NCBI GenBank assembly: GCA_965204775.1 | Contig: CBDBFH010000022.1 | Span: 19,015 to 83,014 of the forward strand | Direction of reading: 5' to 3' | Length of the DNA: 64,000 nucleotides | Source: Alphaproteobacteria bacterium | Lineage (GTDB): Bacteria > Pseudomonadota > Alphaproteobacteria > JAPOUT01 > G958296285 | Shown: piece after piece, positions 50,079 to 60,583 of the stretch | Layout of the letters: each line of letters starts with the position of its first letter | Position numbering within the stretch: position 1 is the stretch's first letter | Translations under genes and position numbers: made by a program | The notes under the pieces: generated by a model | The model's database searches: none | What the model saw: the letters and a program-made list of their open reading frames with translations, nothing else | Told to the model about the DNA's origin: nothing

Positions 50079-50663
50079 GTGGTCACCCTGCCCAACGCCA
50101 TCTCGCTGACCCGCCTCCTGCTCGCCCCCGTGATCATCTGGCTGATCACCGCCGGAGCGGACGTACTGGCCTTCGTCCTGTTCCTCGCCGCCATGATCGG
50201 CGACGCCCTCGATGGCTTCCTCGCCCGCCGCCTCGGCGTCGAAACCCATATCGGCGCATATCTCGACCCCGTCGCCGACAAGGTTCTCGTCGTCAGCCTC
50301 TATACGACCTTGACCCTCGCCGGACCGATCCCGGCCTGGCTGGCAATCGCCGTCATCAGCCGCGATCTCCTCTTCGTCGGCGGCGTCATGCTCACCTGGA
50401 TCGCTCTGGGACGCTGGTGGTTTCCGCCTTTGTGGATCGGCAAAATCGCAACCTTCTCCCAATTGAGCCTGATCGTCATCGTTCTGGGCCTGCCCCTGCT
50501 GGCCGCAGGCGGACCGGTCTTCGAGGAGGCCGGGCAGGCCGCCATGATTGCCGGAATCTATGCCGCCGGAATCCTGACCCTCCTCTCCGGGGGCGCATAT
50601 GCCGCGCGCTGGCTGGTGCGCGTCGCCAATTGGGAAAAAACCGCCGCACCCCGCGAGCCGTGA
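50079..50663 (+). CDS. CDP-alcohol phosphatidyltransferase
   Basis: LPNAISLTR, DALDGFLARR..GAYLDPVADK. Confidence 0.93.
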   Translation: MVTLPNAISLTRLLLAPVIIWLITAGADVLAFVLFLAAMIGDALDGFLARRLGVETHIGAYLDPVADKVLVVSLYTTLTLAGPIPAWLAIAVISRDLLFVGGVMLTWIALGRWWFPPLWIGKIATFSQLSLIVIVLGLPLLAAGGPVFEEAGQAAMIAGIYAAGILTLLSGGAYAARWLVRVANWEKTAAPREP

Positions 50664-51337
50664 GAGTGGTGAAAGACAGGCAGCTGGCCATCCCCTTGCC
50701 CCACCGTCCGGCCTGGGGCCGGGAAGATTTCCTCGCCACCCCCGCCAATCGCGCCGCTATGGATATGATCGAGCGCTGGCCCGGCTGGCCCGGCCCGGTC
50801 TTGATCCTCACCGGTCCACCGGGCAGCGGCAAGACGCATCTCGCCCAAATCTGGCGCGCCGCCGCCCGCGCCGCGCCGTTCCCGCCGCCCGGCGGCGATC
50901 CCCTCCGGGGGCGGCCCTGTCTGTTCGACAACGCCGACCGCATCCAAAAGTCCGATCAGCAAACCCTCCTGCATCTCATCAACCATGTGCAGGAAAACCG
51001 CAGCAGCCTGCTCCTGACGGGCCGCCGCCCGCCCGGCCATTGGCCTCTGGACTTGCCTGATCTGCGCTCCCGGATCCGGGCGCTGCCGGTCGTCTCTTTG
51101 CCCCCGCCCGACGATGATCTGATCACCGCGCTCCTCGTCAAACTCTTTGCCGACCGCCAACTCGCCCCCGCTCCGGCGGTGATCGCTTACCTCGCCGCCC
51201 GGATGGAGCGCTCCGCCGCCCGCGCCCGCGAACTGGTCGCCGCCCTCGACCACGCCGCGCTGGCCCGCGGCGCGCCGGTCACCATCCCTCTCGCCCGCAA
51301 AATCCTCGACCGGAGCGGAGGCCCCCTCAACGCGTGA
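50660..51337 (+). CDS. hdaA: DnaA regulatory inactivator Hda/HdaA
   Basis: QLAIPL clamp-binding-like motif, GPPGSGKTHL, LPDLRSR, RMERS. Confidence 0.85.
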   Translation: MRVVKDRQLAIPLPHRPAWGREDFLATPANRAAMDMIERWPGWPGPVLILTGPPGSGKTHLAQIWRAAARAAPFPPPGGDPLRGRPCLFDNADRIQKSDQQTLLHLINHVQENRSSLLLTGRRPPGHWPLDLPDLRSRIRALPVVSLPPPDDDLITALLVKLFADRQLAPAPAVIAYLAARMERSAARARELVAALDHAALARGAPVTIPLARKILDRSGGPLNA

Positions 51338-52490
51338 TCTCTTCTGCCTCGGGGCGCGTCACGTCAATCACCCCGCCGCGCACGGTCAGCGCCGCCTCGC
51401 CCGCCAACAGCGCCAGCGCGCGCTCCCCGAAAACCTCCCGCCGCCAGCCCGACAAAAACCTCACTCTCTCCCGCTTGCCCGCCGCCAACTGTTCCAGCTC
51501 TTCGCCGGTGGCGATCAGCTTCTGCGCAACCCCGCAGACCTCCCCCCGCCGCTTCAGCAAAAGCCGCAACAGCTGAGTAATTTGCGTCTGCGCCGGGGTC
51601 AGAACCGGCCCGTTGCATGCCGGAGGCGGAGGCAGCCCGGCGCGCAAAGCCTCCAGGAGCCGCTCGCCCGCCGCGCTCCCAACAATGTCCTTGCCAAGAC
51701 CCTTGATCCCCTGCAGATCACGCCGCTGCGCCGGTGCGCGCTCGGCCAGCTGGCGCAAAACCTCGTCGCGAACAACCCAGCTGCGCGGACAATTGCGCCG
51801 CTGCGCCTCCCGCTCGCGCCAGGCCGCCGCCGCCGCCAGACGCCCCCGGCGCTTCGAATCGCGTGGCAAGGGCTTAATCCGCCGCCACGACTCCTCCGGC
51901 GCATTGGCGTAAAGACCCGGAGATTGCAGCGCCGCCAGCTCCTCGCCAATCCAGCCGGCCCGGCCATTCTCCTCCAGCGCCGCGCGCAAATGCTCATAGA
52001 CCCGGCACAGATGAACTACATCGGCGGCGGCGTAGGCCATCTGACGGGCCGACAGCGGACGCCGGCTCCAGTCGCTGGTCTGAAGCGACTTGTCCAGCTT
52101 GCGCCGCGCAATCTGCCTCACCAGCATCTCATAAGAGGCCGACTCCCCAAAACCGCAGACCTCGCTCGCCAGCTGGGTGTCGAACAGCGGCGAGGGAATC
52201 ACCCCGCCCTCATGGTGGAAAATCTCAATATCCTGCCGCGCCGCATGAAAAACCTTGATCGCCGGAGACCCCCCCAGAAACGCATAAAAAGGGGCAAGAT
52301 CCAGCTCCGGCGACAGGGGATCAATCACCGCCGCCTCGCCGTCATGCGCCATCTGGATCAGGCAGAGTTTGGGCCAGTAGGTGGTGCTGCGGGCAAACTC
52401 GGTGTCGAGCGCGCAGTAGGACACTTCAGACCATCGGGCGCATAAAGACGCCAGATCGCCGGTCCGGGTGATGATTTGAACGCCGGTCAT
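51327..52490 (-). CDS. rnd: Ribonuclease D
   Basis: LDTEF, FHAARQD, FDTQ, DWSRRPL..YAAADV, HRDC region. Confidence 0.95.
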   Translation of the reverse strand: MTGVQIITRTGDLASLCARWSEVSYCALDTEFARSTTYWPKLCLIQMAHDGEAAVIDPLSPELDLAPFYAFLGGSPAIKVFHAARQDIEIFHHEGGVIPSPLFDTQLASEVCGFGESASYEMLVRQIARRKLDKSLQTSDWSRRPLSARQMAYAAADVVHLCRVYEHLRAALEENGRAGWIGEELAALQSPGLYANAPEESWRRIKPLPRDSKRRGRLAAAAAWREREAQRRNCPRSWVVRDEVLRQLAERAPAQRRDLQGIKGLGKDIVGSAAGERLLEALRAGLPPPPACNGPVLTPAQTQITQLLRLLLKRRGEVCGVAQKLIATGEELEQLAAGKRERVRFLSGWRREVFGERALALLAGEAALTVRGGVIDVTRPEAEEITR

Positions 52491-52579
52491 GCTATACCCG
52501 CCTTCTTCTATCGGATCGGCGCAGGCCTGTCGCCCCTTTTGACGGCCCCCGCCGGAGCAGGCAGGCCTGACCGGGCATC

Positions 52580-54403
52580 ATGCACCCCTATCGAACCCAT
52601 CATTGCGCCGCGCTGCGCAGCTCGGATATCGGCCAAAAAGCCCGCCTGTCGGGCTGGGTGCACCGCATCCGCGATCACGGCGGGCTGCTCTTCATCGACC
52701 TGCGCGACCATTACGGCCTGACCCAATGCGTCGCCGATCCGCAGGGGCCGTGCTTCGCGCAGGCCCAGCGCCTGCGCCCCGAATCAGTCATCCGCCTCGA
52801 CGGCGCCGTCGCCGCCCGCCCTGCCGACACCTTGAACCCGAATATTCCCACCGGACAGGTCGAATTGCGCATCGAAGACATCACCCTCCTGTCGCAGGCC
52901 GCCGCCCTGCCGCTGCCCGTCTTCGGCGAGCCCGACTACCCGGAAGACCTCCGCCTCGCCTGGCGCTTCCTCGACCTGCGCCGCGAAACCATGCACCGCC
53001 GCATCGTCCGGCGCAGCGAAATCATCGCCGCCCTGCGCCGCCTGATGCACGCCGCCGGATTCCTCGAATTCCAGACCCCGATCCTCACCGCCTCCAGCCC
53101 TGAAGGCGCGCGCGATTTCCTCGTCCCCAGCCGCCTCCACCCCGGCGCTTTCTATGCCCTCCCGCAGGCCCCGCAATTGTTCAAGCAACTGGCAATGATC
53201 TCCGGCTTCGACCGCTACTTCCAGATCGCACCCTGCTTCCGCGACGAAGACGCCCGCGCCGACCGCAGCCCCGGCGAATTCTATCAACTCGACATCGAAA
53301 TGAACTTCGCCACCCAGGAAGACGTCCTCGCCGCGGTCGAGCCGATCCTGCACGGCCTCTTCGACCAGTTCAAAGGCGGGAAAAGCCTCGCCCCCATGCC
53401 CTTCCCCCGCCTGAGCTGGGCGCAGGCCATGCGCGACTATGGCACCGACAAGCCCGATCTTCGCAATCCACTCGTCATCCGCGAGGTGGGCGGCCAGTTC
53501 GCCGCCGAGGGAGCCGGATTGCGCGCCTTCCGCGAGATCGTCGAGAAGGGCGGCGTCGTGCGCGCCATCCCCGCCCCCGGCGCGGCGGCAAGGCCGCGCT
53601 CCTTCTTCGACCGCCTCAATGAATGGGCGCGGCGCGAAATGCGCGCCCCCGGCCTCGGCTACATCATTTTCCAACAGGAGGACGAACGCCTGGCCGCCAA
53701 AGGGCCCATCGCCAAATTCCTCTCCCCCGAAATCCACGCCGCCCTCGCCGGACAATGCGGGGTCGGCGCAGGCGACGCCCTGTTCTTCGCCGCCGGACCG
53801 GAAAAACAGGCCGCCGCCCTCGCCGCCGCCGCCCGCAACGAACTGGGCCGCGCCCTCGGCCTGATCGACCAAAATCACTTCGCCTTTTGCTGGATCGTCG
53901 ACATGCCCCTCTATGAATGGAGCGAAGAGGAAAGAAAAATCGTCTTTTCCCACAACCCCTTCTCCATGCCCCAGGGCGGTCTGGACGCGCTCGAAGCGCG
54001 CGATCCGCTCGGCATTCTCGCCCATCAATATGACATCGTCTGCAATGGCGTCGAATTGTCGTCCGGGGCAATCCGCGCCCATGACCCGGAAATCCTCTTC
54101 CGCAGTTTCGGTATCGCCGGTTATGGCCGCGACGAAGTCGAAGCCCGCTTCGGCGCGCTCCTGCGCGCCCTGCGCTGCGGCGCCCCGCCTCATGGCGGCA
54201 TTGCCCCCGGCCTCGACCGAATCGTCATGCTGCTCACCGGCGCCGCAAATCTGCGCGACGTCGTCATGTTCCCGATGAACCAGCAGGCTCAGGACCTGTT
54301 GATGGGCGCTCCCGCCCCCGCCGACCCGTCCCGCCTGCGCGAATTGCATATCCGCCCCGCCCCGCCCCCGGACGCGCAGAACAAACAAACAAAGGCAAAG
54401 TAA
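52580..54403 (+). CDS. aspS: Aspartate--tRNA ligase (probably non-discriminating)
   Basis: [42 protein letters not shown]. Confidence 0.97.
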   Translation: MHPYRTHHCAALRSSDIGQKARLSGWVHRIRDHGGLLFIDLRDHYGLTQCVADPQGPCFAQAQRLRPESVIRLDGAVAARPADTLNPNIPTGQVELRIEDITLLSQAAALPLPVFGEPDYPEDLRLAWRFLDLRRETMHRRIVRRSEIIAALRRLMHAAGFLEFQTPILTASSPEGARDFLVPSRLHPGAFYALPQAPQLFKQLAMISGFDRYFQIAPCFRDEDARADRSPGEFYQLDIEMNFATQEDVLAAVEPILHGLFDQFKGGKSLAPMPFPRLSWAQAMRDYGTDKPDLRNPLVIREVGGQFAAEGAGLRAFREIVEKGGVVRAIPAPGAAARPRSFFDRLNEWARREMRAPGLGYIIFQQEDERLAAKGPIAKFLSPEIHAALAGQCGVGAGDALFFAAGPEKQAAALAAAARNELGRALGLIDQNHFAFCWIVDMPLYEWSEEERKIVFSHNPFSMPQGGLDALEARDPLGILAHQYDIVCNGVELSSGAIRAHDPEILFRSFGIAGYGRDEVEARFGALLRALRCGAPPHGGIAPGLDRIVMLLTGAANLRDVVMFPMNQQAQDLLMGAPAPADPSRLRELHIRPAPPPDAQNKQTKAK

Positions 54404-54476
54404 CTGGTCTTGATCGCCGCCGCCCTTTATGGTGCGGGCAGAGGGACAAAACAGCTTCAGGCCCAAGCGCAATCTT

Positions 54477-54884
54477 ATGAACTTTCTGCGGGAATTGTTC
54501 ACATGGTGGAACGCCCAGACGCCGGGAACGCGCTGGTATACGTTTCGGCGCGGACGCCTGATCGGCGCGGATCAGGCCGGAAACCGCTACTATCGCGATG
54601 ACCGGAGCGGACGGCGCTGGGTGATCTATAACGGCCTCGTCGAGGCCTCGAAAGTGCCGCCCGACTGGCATGCCTGGCTGCACGCCATGCGCCCCGATCC
54701 GCCCGCCCGCCCCGCCCCCGCCCCGCGCTGGCGCAAGCCGCATCTGCCCAATATGACTGGAACCCCCCGCGCCTGGCGTCCGCAGGGCAGCCTGCTCACC
54801 CAGGCGCAGCGGCCCGCCGCAACCGGCGACTACCAGCCCTGGCAGCCCGGCGGCGCGGTCAAAACAAAACAGGAGAAACCCTGA
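54477..54884 (+). CDS. NADH:ubiquinone oxidoreductase subunit NDUFA12 (17.2 kDa) family
   Basis: GADQAGNRYY, RRWVIY, VPPDWHAWLH, PNMTGT. Confidence 0.92.
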   Translation: MNFLRELFTWWNAQTPGTRWYTFRRGRLIGADQAGNRYYRDDRSGRRWVIYNGLVEASKVPPDWHAWLHAMRPDPPARPAPAPRWRKPHLPNMTGTPRAWRPQGSLLTQAQRPAATGDYQPWQPGGAVKTKQEKP

Positions 54885-55333
54885 TGCAAGGCAATATCGT
54901 CGAAACCCTGATCGGCGCGGTCGTGCTGGTCGTGGCCGGTGTCTTCTTCGTCTATGCCTATCGCACGGCGGGCCTGTCTGCCAGCCGGGGCTATGAGGTC
55001 GTCGCCGAATTCGATCGCGTCGACGGCCTCGCGCTGGGCGCGGATGTTCGCCTCGCCGGAATCAAGGTCGGATCGGTCAGCGCCATGCGCCTTGATCCCG
55101 ATAATTTCAGCGCCCTCGTCTCCATGGACCTCGACCCCGCCTACCGCCTGCCCGAAGACACCAGCGCGCGCATCACCAGCGCCGGACTCCTCGGACAGCA
55201 ATATATTTCCCTCACCCCCGGCGGCGCAGAAGATGCGCTCGAAAACGGCAGCGAAATCTCCGTGACCACCGGTGCGGTCGATCTGATGGGGTTGATCGGC
55301 AGATTCATCTTCGGCTCCGGCGGACAGCAGTGA
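54884..55333 (+). CDS. mlaD: MlaD/MCE family protein
   Basis: ETLIGAVV, GLALGADVRLAGIKVGSV, GLLGQQYISLTPG. Confidence 0.9.
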   Translation: MQGNIVETLIGAVVLVVAGVFFVYAYRTAGLSASRGYEVVAEFDRVDGLALGADVRLAGIKVGSVSAMRLDPDNFSALVSMDLDPAYRLPEDTSARITSAGLLGQQYISLTPGGAEDALENGSEISVTTGAVDLMGLIGRFIFGSGGQQ

Positions 55334-55740
55334 AGCGGGCGGCCCCGGCGGCGGCCCTGGTGCTGGCGCTCGCCGCCGCCGCCGTCAATGCCGAAGAAAA
55401 CCCGCCCCCCACCGCGTGGTTCAAGGCGCTCGACAAAATCTCGGGCCGCGTCAGCGACCTGCCCGTCGCCGTCGGCGCAACCGCCTCTTTTGGAACCCTC
55501 GACATTCGCGTCTCCTCATGCAGCGCCGCGCCGCCCGAAGAAAGGCCGGAAAGCTTCGTCTTCGTCGAAGTCTTCGACCGCGCCCGCCCCGCCTCCGGCA
55601 GCCGGCAGGGTGCGCGCATCTTCTCCGGCTGGATGTTCGCCTCCAGCCCCGCCGTCCATCCGCTCGAACATCCGGTCTATGACTTGTGGCCGGTCAAATG
55701 CACGACTGCCGCCGGATCGGCCCCGTCCGGCAAGGAGTAA
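55330..55740 (+). CDS. DUF2155 domain protein
   Basis: LDKISG, FSGWMFASSP, LEHPVYDLW. Confidence 0.9.
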   Translation: MKRAAPAAALVLALAAAAVNAEENPPPTAWFKALDKISGRVSDLPVAVGATASFGTLDIRVSSCSAAPPEERPESFVFVEVFDRARPASGSRQGARIFSGWMFASSPAVHPLEHPVYDLWPVKCTTAAGSAPSGKE

Positions 55741-56345
55741 AAATCCGCCTCAACCGCCCGCGCCTCCCGCAGGCGGCGGCGAAACAGGGCGGCGGGAATC
55801 TCTTCCGCCCCGAATTGGCGCAAATGTTCGGTCAGAAATTGCGCGTCGAACAGGCGAAACCCCCCGGCAATCAGCCGCGCCGCCAGATAGACCAGCGCAA
55901 TCTTCCCGGCGTCGCGCAGGCGGGTGAACATGCTCTCGCCGAAAAACGCCCCGCCGACCGCAACCCCATACAGGCCCCCGGCCAGAACGCCGTCGAGGCG
56001 GCATTCAACCGAATGCGCATGACCTTGCGCGTGCAGCAGGCAATAGGCGTCGTGAATCTGCCGGTTGATCCAGGTCGTCTCGCGTCCGCGCCCCGGCGCG
56101 GCGCAGGCCGCGACCACCCCCGCGAAATCATGGTCGATCCGCACCGCAAACGGCGCGCGCCGAATCGTCCGCCGCAGGCGCACCGGAATATGAAAGCGGT
56201 CCAGCGGCACCACCGCCCGCATCGGCGGCTCGATAAAGTGAAACTCCCGCGCCTGCCGCGCCTCCGCCATCGGAAACGACCCGCGCGCCAGCGCCCATAA
56301 AATCCGCGAGGCATCCCTCTGCGCCGATGGCGGAAAAGCCCGCAT
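55677..56345 (-). CDS. aat: Leucyl/phenylalanyl-tRNA--protein transferase
   Basis: FPMA, TWIN, AHSVEC, GGLYGV..FFGESMF. Confidence 0.93.
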   Translation of the reverse strand: MRAFPPSAQRDASRILWALARGSFPMAEARQAREFHFIEPPMRAVVPLDRFHIPVRLRRTIRRAPFAVRIDHDFAGVVAACAAPGRGRETTWINRQIHDAYCLLHAQGHAHSVECRLDGVLAGGLYGVAVGGAFFGESMFTRLRDAGKIALVYLAARLIAGGFRLFDAQFLTEHLRQFGAEEIPAALFRRRLREARAVEADFYSLPDGADPAAVVHLTGHKS

Positions 56346-57706
56346 CAGCCGGACGCCCGCTCCTTGCGCCGCCCCTCCAGCCAGCCCTCCAGCCAGTGAA
56401 TGTGATAGGCCCCGTCGGCAATGTCCGGCTCCTTCAACAATTGGCGGAACAGCGGAATCGTCGTCTGAACCCCCTCGATCACAAACTCGTCCAGCGCCCG
56501 CCGCAGGCGCATCAGACACTCGGTGCGGCTGTTGCCATGCGCAATCAACTTGCCAATCATGCTGTCGTAATGCACCGGAATCCGGTAGCCGCCATAAACC
56601 CCCGAGTCAATCCGAACCCCCGGACCCCCCGGCGGATGATAGGCGCTGATCGTCCCCGGACTGGGCATCAGAGTCTCCGGATTCTCCGCATTGATCCGGC
56701 ATTCAATCGCATGGCCCCGGAAGACAATATCCCGCTGGCGCATCTCCAGCGCCGCGCCGCTCGCAATCCGAATCTGCTCGCGCACCAGATCAATCCCGGT
56801 CACCAGCTCCGTCGCCGGATGCTCAACCTGAAGCCGCGTGTTCATCTCGATAAAGAAAAACCGCCCCTGCGAATACAGAAACTCAAACGTCCCCGCGCCG
56901 CTGTAGCCCAATTTGCGCGAAGCCCGAACCGCCAGATCGCCGATCCGCCTGCGGTCCGAGGCATTGAGGGCGGGGGAGGGGGCCTCCTCCAGAATCTTCT
57001 GATGCCGCCGCTGCAAGGAGCAGTCCCGCTCGCCCAGATGAACCGCCCGGCCCTGCCCGTCGCCCAGAACCTGAATCTCAATATGGCGCGGGCGGTCCAG
57101 ATATTTCTCGATATACAGCGTGCCGTCGCCAAACGCCGCCTGCGACTCCGCCGCCGCCGACGCCAGCGCCCGCGCCAGCTCGCCGCTTTTGCGCACAACC
57201 TTCATCCCCCGCCCGCCGCCGCCCGCCGCCGCCTTGACCAGAACCGGATAGCCCAGCTCCTGCGCAATCCGCCCGGCCTGTTCGGCATCGGCGACCGCCT
57301 CGGTCGAGCCCGGAACCACCGGCAGCCCCAGCCGCGCCGCCGTCTCCCGCGCCGCAATCTTGTCGCCCATCAGACGAATATGCTCCGCCGACGGGCCGAT
57401 AAAGGCAATCTCGTGCTCCGACAAAATCTGCGCAAAACGCGCATTCTCCGACAAAAACCCGTAGCCCGGATGAACCGCCTCCGCCCCCGTGATCTCGCAC
57501 GCGGCAATGATCGCCGGAATGTTCAGATAACTCTCCCGCGCCGCCGCCGGGCCGACGCAAACGCTCTCATCCGCCAGCCGCACATGCATCGCATGCTCGT
57601 CCGCCGTCGAGTGAATCGCCACCGTCGCAATCCCCATCTCCTTGCAGGCCCGGTGAATCCGCAACGCAATCTCACCGCGATTGGCGATCAGAACCTTCTC
57701 GAACAT
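56345..57706 (-). CDS. accC: Acetyl-CoA carboxylase biotin carboxylase
   Basis: IANRGEIA, HPGYGFLSEN, GGGGRGM, EMNTRLQVEH. Confidence 0.97.
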   Translation of the reverse strand: MFEKVLIANRGEIALRIHRACKEMGIATVAIHSTADEHAMHVRLADESVCVGPAAARESYLNIPAIIAACEITGAEAVHPGYGFLSENARFAQILSEHEIAFIGPSAEHIRLMGDKIAARETAARLGLPVVPGSTEAVADAEQAGRIAQELGYPVLVKAAAGGGGRGMKVVRKSGELARALASAAAESQAAFGDGTLYIEKYLDRPRHIEIQVLGDGQGRAVHLGERDCSLQRRHQKILEEAPSPALNASDRRRIGDLAVRASRKLGYSGAGTFEFLYSQGRFFFIEMNTRLQVEHPATELVTGIDLVREQIRIASGAALEMRQRDIVFRGHAIECRINAENPETLMPSPGTISAYHPPGGPGVRIDSGVYGGYRIPVHYDSMIGKLIAHGNSRTECLMRLRRALDEFVIEGVQTTIPLFRQLLKEPDIADGAYHIHWLEGWLEGRRKERASG

Positions 57707-57715
57707 CCCGCACCC

Positions 57716-58210
57716 TCACGCGATGACCATCAAGACATCGCCATATTCAATCGGCTGGCCGTCCTCAATCGCAATCTGCCGGACCGTCCCCCCATGCGGC
57801 GCGGGAATATGGTTCATCGTCTTCATCGCCTCGACAATCAGAAGAACCTGGCCCTGGGCGACCGTGTCGCCGACTTTGACAAAAACCGGCGCGCCCGGCT
57901 CAGGCGCAAGATAGGCCGTCCCCACCATCGGCGAGGTGACCGCCCCTGCCGGTGGACCGGCACCAGCCGTCGGACCGGACTCCGCCGCCGAAGCAGGCTT
58001 CACCTCAGACGCCGCGCCCTGCGCCGAAGCCGGGGGCGCCGCCGGAACAGACGGCTGCGCCGCCACCGCCGCCCGCGCCACCCTCATGCGCACCCCGCCC
58101 GCGTCCAGCTCGATTTCCGTCAGGCCGGTCTCTTCCATAAGTTTGGCCAGATCCCGGATCAGTCTCCGGTCAATCTGCGGGCCGCCATTTTTGCCGCCCC
58201 CCGCCGCCAT
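57716..58210 (-). CDS. accB: Biotin carboxyl carrier protein
   Basis: SPMVGT, EAMKTMN. Confidence 0.96.
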   Translation of the reverse strand: MAAGGGKNGGPQIDRRLIRDLAKLMEETGLTEIELDAGGVRMRVARAAVAAQPSVPAAPPASAQGAASEVKPASAAESGPTAGAGPPAGAVTSPMVGTAYLAPEPGAPVFVKVGDTVAQGQVLLIVEAMKTMNHIPAPHGGTVRQIAIEDGQPIEYGDVLMVIA

Positions 58211-58665
58211 CAGACTTTCGCCAGACCGCCGGACCCCGCCAGCGCCTCCAGCGCCAGCAGATAGCCCCGGCCCCCCAGACCGCAAATCACCCCGTCCGCC
58301 GCACGCGAAATCAGCGAACGCCGCCGGAAAAACTCCCGCCGGTAAATGTTAGACACATGCACCTCAATCACCGGCGCCTCCACCGCCAGCAGCGCATCCA
58401 GCAGCGCAACCGATGTATGACTGTAACCCCCGCCATTGATCACCAGACCCGATGCCCGCGACCGCGCTTCGTGAACCGCCTCAATCAACGCCCCCTCCCC
58501 GTTGCTCTGCAGAAAAATCAACTCAACCCCCAACGCCCCGGCCCGCGCCCGGCAGGCGCGCTCAATCTGGGACAGCGTCTCGCGCCCGTAAATCTCCGGC
58601 GTGCGCGAACCCAAAAGATTAAGATTGGGGCCGTTGAGAATGTCAATCCGCTTCGCGTCAGGCAT
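58210..58665 (-). CDS. aroQ: Type II 3-dehydroquinate dehydratase
   Basis: LNGPNLNLLG, QSNGEG, HTSVAL, EVHVSN. Confidence 0.96.
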   Translation of the reverse strand: MPDAKRIDILNGPNLNLLGSRTPEIYGRETLSQIERACRARAGALGVELIFLQSNGEGALIEAVHEARSRASGLVINGGGYSHTSVALLDALLAVEAPVIEVHVSNIYRREFFRRRSLISRAADGVICGLGGRGYLLALEALAGSGGLAKV

Positions 58666-58819
58666 GAGGCGATCCGCCGCTGGGAAACCGAAGGCCGAAC
58701 GGGTTATAGGCCCTTTCGCCCGAAAGCAAAAGCCGCTTGCCCCTGGCCGCCTTTGCGCGCATGATCGCCCGGAATAGATTGACGGGCCGTTAAGAGCCGC
58801 CGAAAGAGCCGCGAGAGCC

Positions 58820-59023
58820 GTGCAAGTCACCATCAATGGCCAGCCGCGCGACCTGCCCGAAGCCCTCACCCTGCGCGCCATGCTCGCCATGCTGGGCATT
58901 CCCGACGGCACGGTCGCCATCGAGCGCAATCTGGAGATCGTCCCCGCCTCCGCCTATGACGCGGTGCGGATCGCCCCCGGCGACCGGCTCGAAATCGTCC
59001 ATTTCGTCGGCGGCGGCGCATGA
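58820..59023 (+). CDS. thiS: Sulfur carrier protein ThiS
   Basis: [27 protein letters not shown](A). Confidence 0.93.
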   Translation: MQVTINGQPRDLPEALTLRAMLAMLGIPDGTVAIERNLEIVPASAYDAVRIAPGDRLEIVHFVGGGA

Positions 59024-59802
59024 GCCGCCCCCCGCCCCCCGCCCCGCTTGTCATCGGGGGCCGGTCGTTTCGCTCGCGCCTGATCGTCGGCACGGGCAAA
59101 TACCGCGACTACGCCGAAACCGCCCGCGCCATCGAAGCCTCCGGCGCCGAGATCGTCACCGTCGCCCTGCGCCGCGTCAACCTCACCGACCCCGCCAGCC
59201 CCCGCCTCACCGATTACGTCGATCCCGAACGCTACACCTACCTGCCCAACACCGCCGGATGCCGCACCGCCGAAGAAGCCGTCCGCGCCCTGCGCCTCGC
59301 CCGCGCCGCCGGCGGGTGGGACCTCGTCAAACTCGAAGTCATCGGAGACGAGACAACCCTCTATCCCGATATGCCCGAAACCCTCCGCGCCGCCAAAATG
59401 CTCCTCGACGACGGCTTCACGGTTATGGTCTATTGCAGCGACGATCCGCTCCTCGCCGCCAGACTGGAAGAAATGGGCTGCGCCGCCATCATGCCGCTGG
59501 CCGCGCCCATCGGCTCCGGGCTGGGGATTTGCAATCCGGTCAATATCCGCCTGATCGTCCGGCAGGCCAAAGCGCCGGTTCTGGTCGACGCCGGCGTCGG
59601 CACCGCCTCCGACGCCGCCATCGCCATGGAACTGGGCTGCGACGGCGTCTTGATGAACACCGCCATCGCCCAGGCCCGCGACCCCGTCCGCATGGCCCGC
59701 GCCATGAAACACGCCGTCGAAGCCGGAAGATTGGCCTGGCTCGCCGGACGCATGAAGCGCAAATGGACCGCCGATCCCTCCTCCCCGGCCCCCGACGCTT
59801 AG
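59020..59802 (+). CDS. thiG: Thiazole synthase
   Basis: [35 protein letters not shown]. Confidence 0.97.
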   Translation: MSRPPPPAPLVIGGRSFRSRLIVGTGKYRDYAETARAIEASGAEIVTVALRRVNLTDPASPRLTDYVDPERYTYLPNTAGCRTAEEAVRALRLARAAGGWDLVKLEVIGDETTLYPDMPETLRAAKMLLDDGFTVMVYCSDDPLLAARLEEMGCAAIMPLAAPIGSGLGICNPVNIRLIVRQAKAPVLVDAGVGTASDAAIAMELGCDGVLMNTAIAQARDPVRMARAMKHAVEAGRLAWLAGRMKRKWTADPSSPAPDA

Positions 59803-59806
59803 TCCC

Positions 59807-60583
59807 CTACCGGCCCCGGTGGGCCAGCCGGGCGCGGGTTTCGCGGAACAGCGACAGAAAACCGCTCCGATCCGCCCCGCGATTGAGCAATTCGCCGCCC
59901 AAAATAAACGCCGGAGTGCCTTTCGAACCCAAACTGCGCGCCAGATCACGATTGCGCGCCAAAGCATCCGCCAGCGCAGAACTTTGCATATCATTGCGCA
60001 GCCGGGCGGCGTCCAAACCCAGCTGCCCGGCAATCGCCAAAATCCGCGCCTCGTCCAGCCGCCCCGGCGTCGTCATCAGACCGCTGTGCAGCTGCAAATA
60101 TTTCCCCTGCCGCGCCGCCGCCGCCGCCGCCTGCGCCGCCAAAGTCGAAACCGGGCCGAAAACCGGCATCTCGCGCAAAATCAGCCGAATATCCCCGTCT
60201 TCGCGCACCGCCTCCATCAATTCCGGAAACGTCGCGCGGCAGGCCGAGCATTGATAATCAAAAAACTCAATCACAGTCAAAGTCCCCGCCGGATTGCCCG
60301 CGACAAACGCCGCCAGACCCGGCGAGCCCAACTCAGTCATATGGTCCGCAATCTTCTCGCGCTGCGCCGCCGCCGCCTGCACCCGAACATGATCTTGCGC
60401 CTTGCGCATGATCTCAACCACCGCATCCGGATTCTCCAGAAGATAGCCGCGCACAATCTCGCGAATCTCCGCCTCCTCCCCCGGCGTGAAAACCCGACCC
60501 GGCTCGCCCGCCCCGGAGACCCCCGCACCCCCAAGCCCCGCAATCAGAAACGCCAGGCACCCCCTCAGCCAACGCCGAAACAT
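59807..60583 (-). CDS. DsbA family (Com1/BcfH-like) thiol-disulfide oxidoreductase
   Basis: YLLENP, EFFDYQCSAC, GTPAF. Confidence 0.9.
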   Translation of the reverse strand: MFRRWLRGCLAFLIAGLGGAGVSGAGEPGRVFTPGEEAEIREIVRGYLLENPDAVVEIMRKAQDHVRVQAAAAQREKIADHMTELGSPGLAAFVAGNPAGTLTVIEFFDYQCSACRATFPELMEAVREDGDIRLILREMPVFGPVSTLAAQAAAAAARQGKYLQLHSGLMTTPGRLDEARILAIAGQLGLDAARLRNDMQSSALADALARNRDLARSLGSKGTPAFILGGELLNRGADRSGFLSLFRETRARLAHRGR

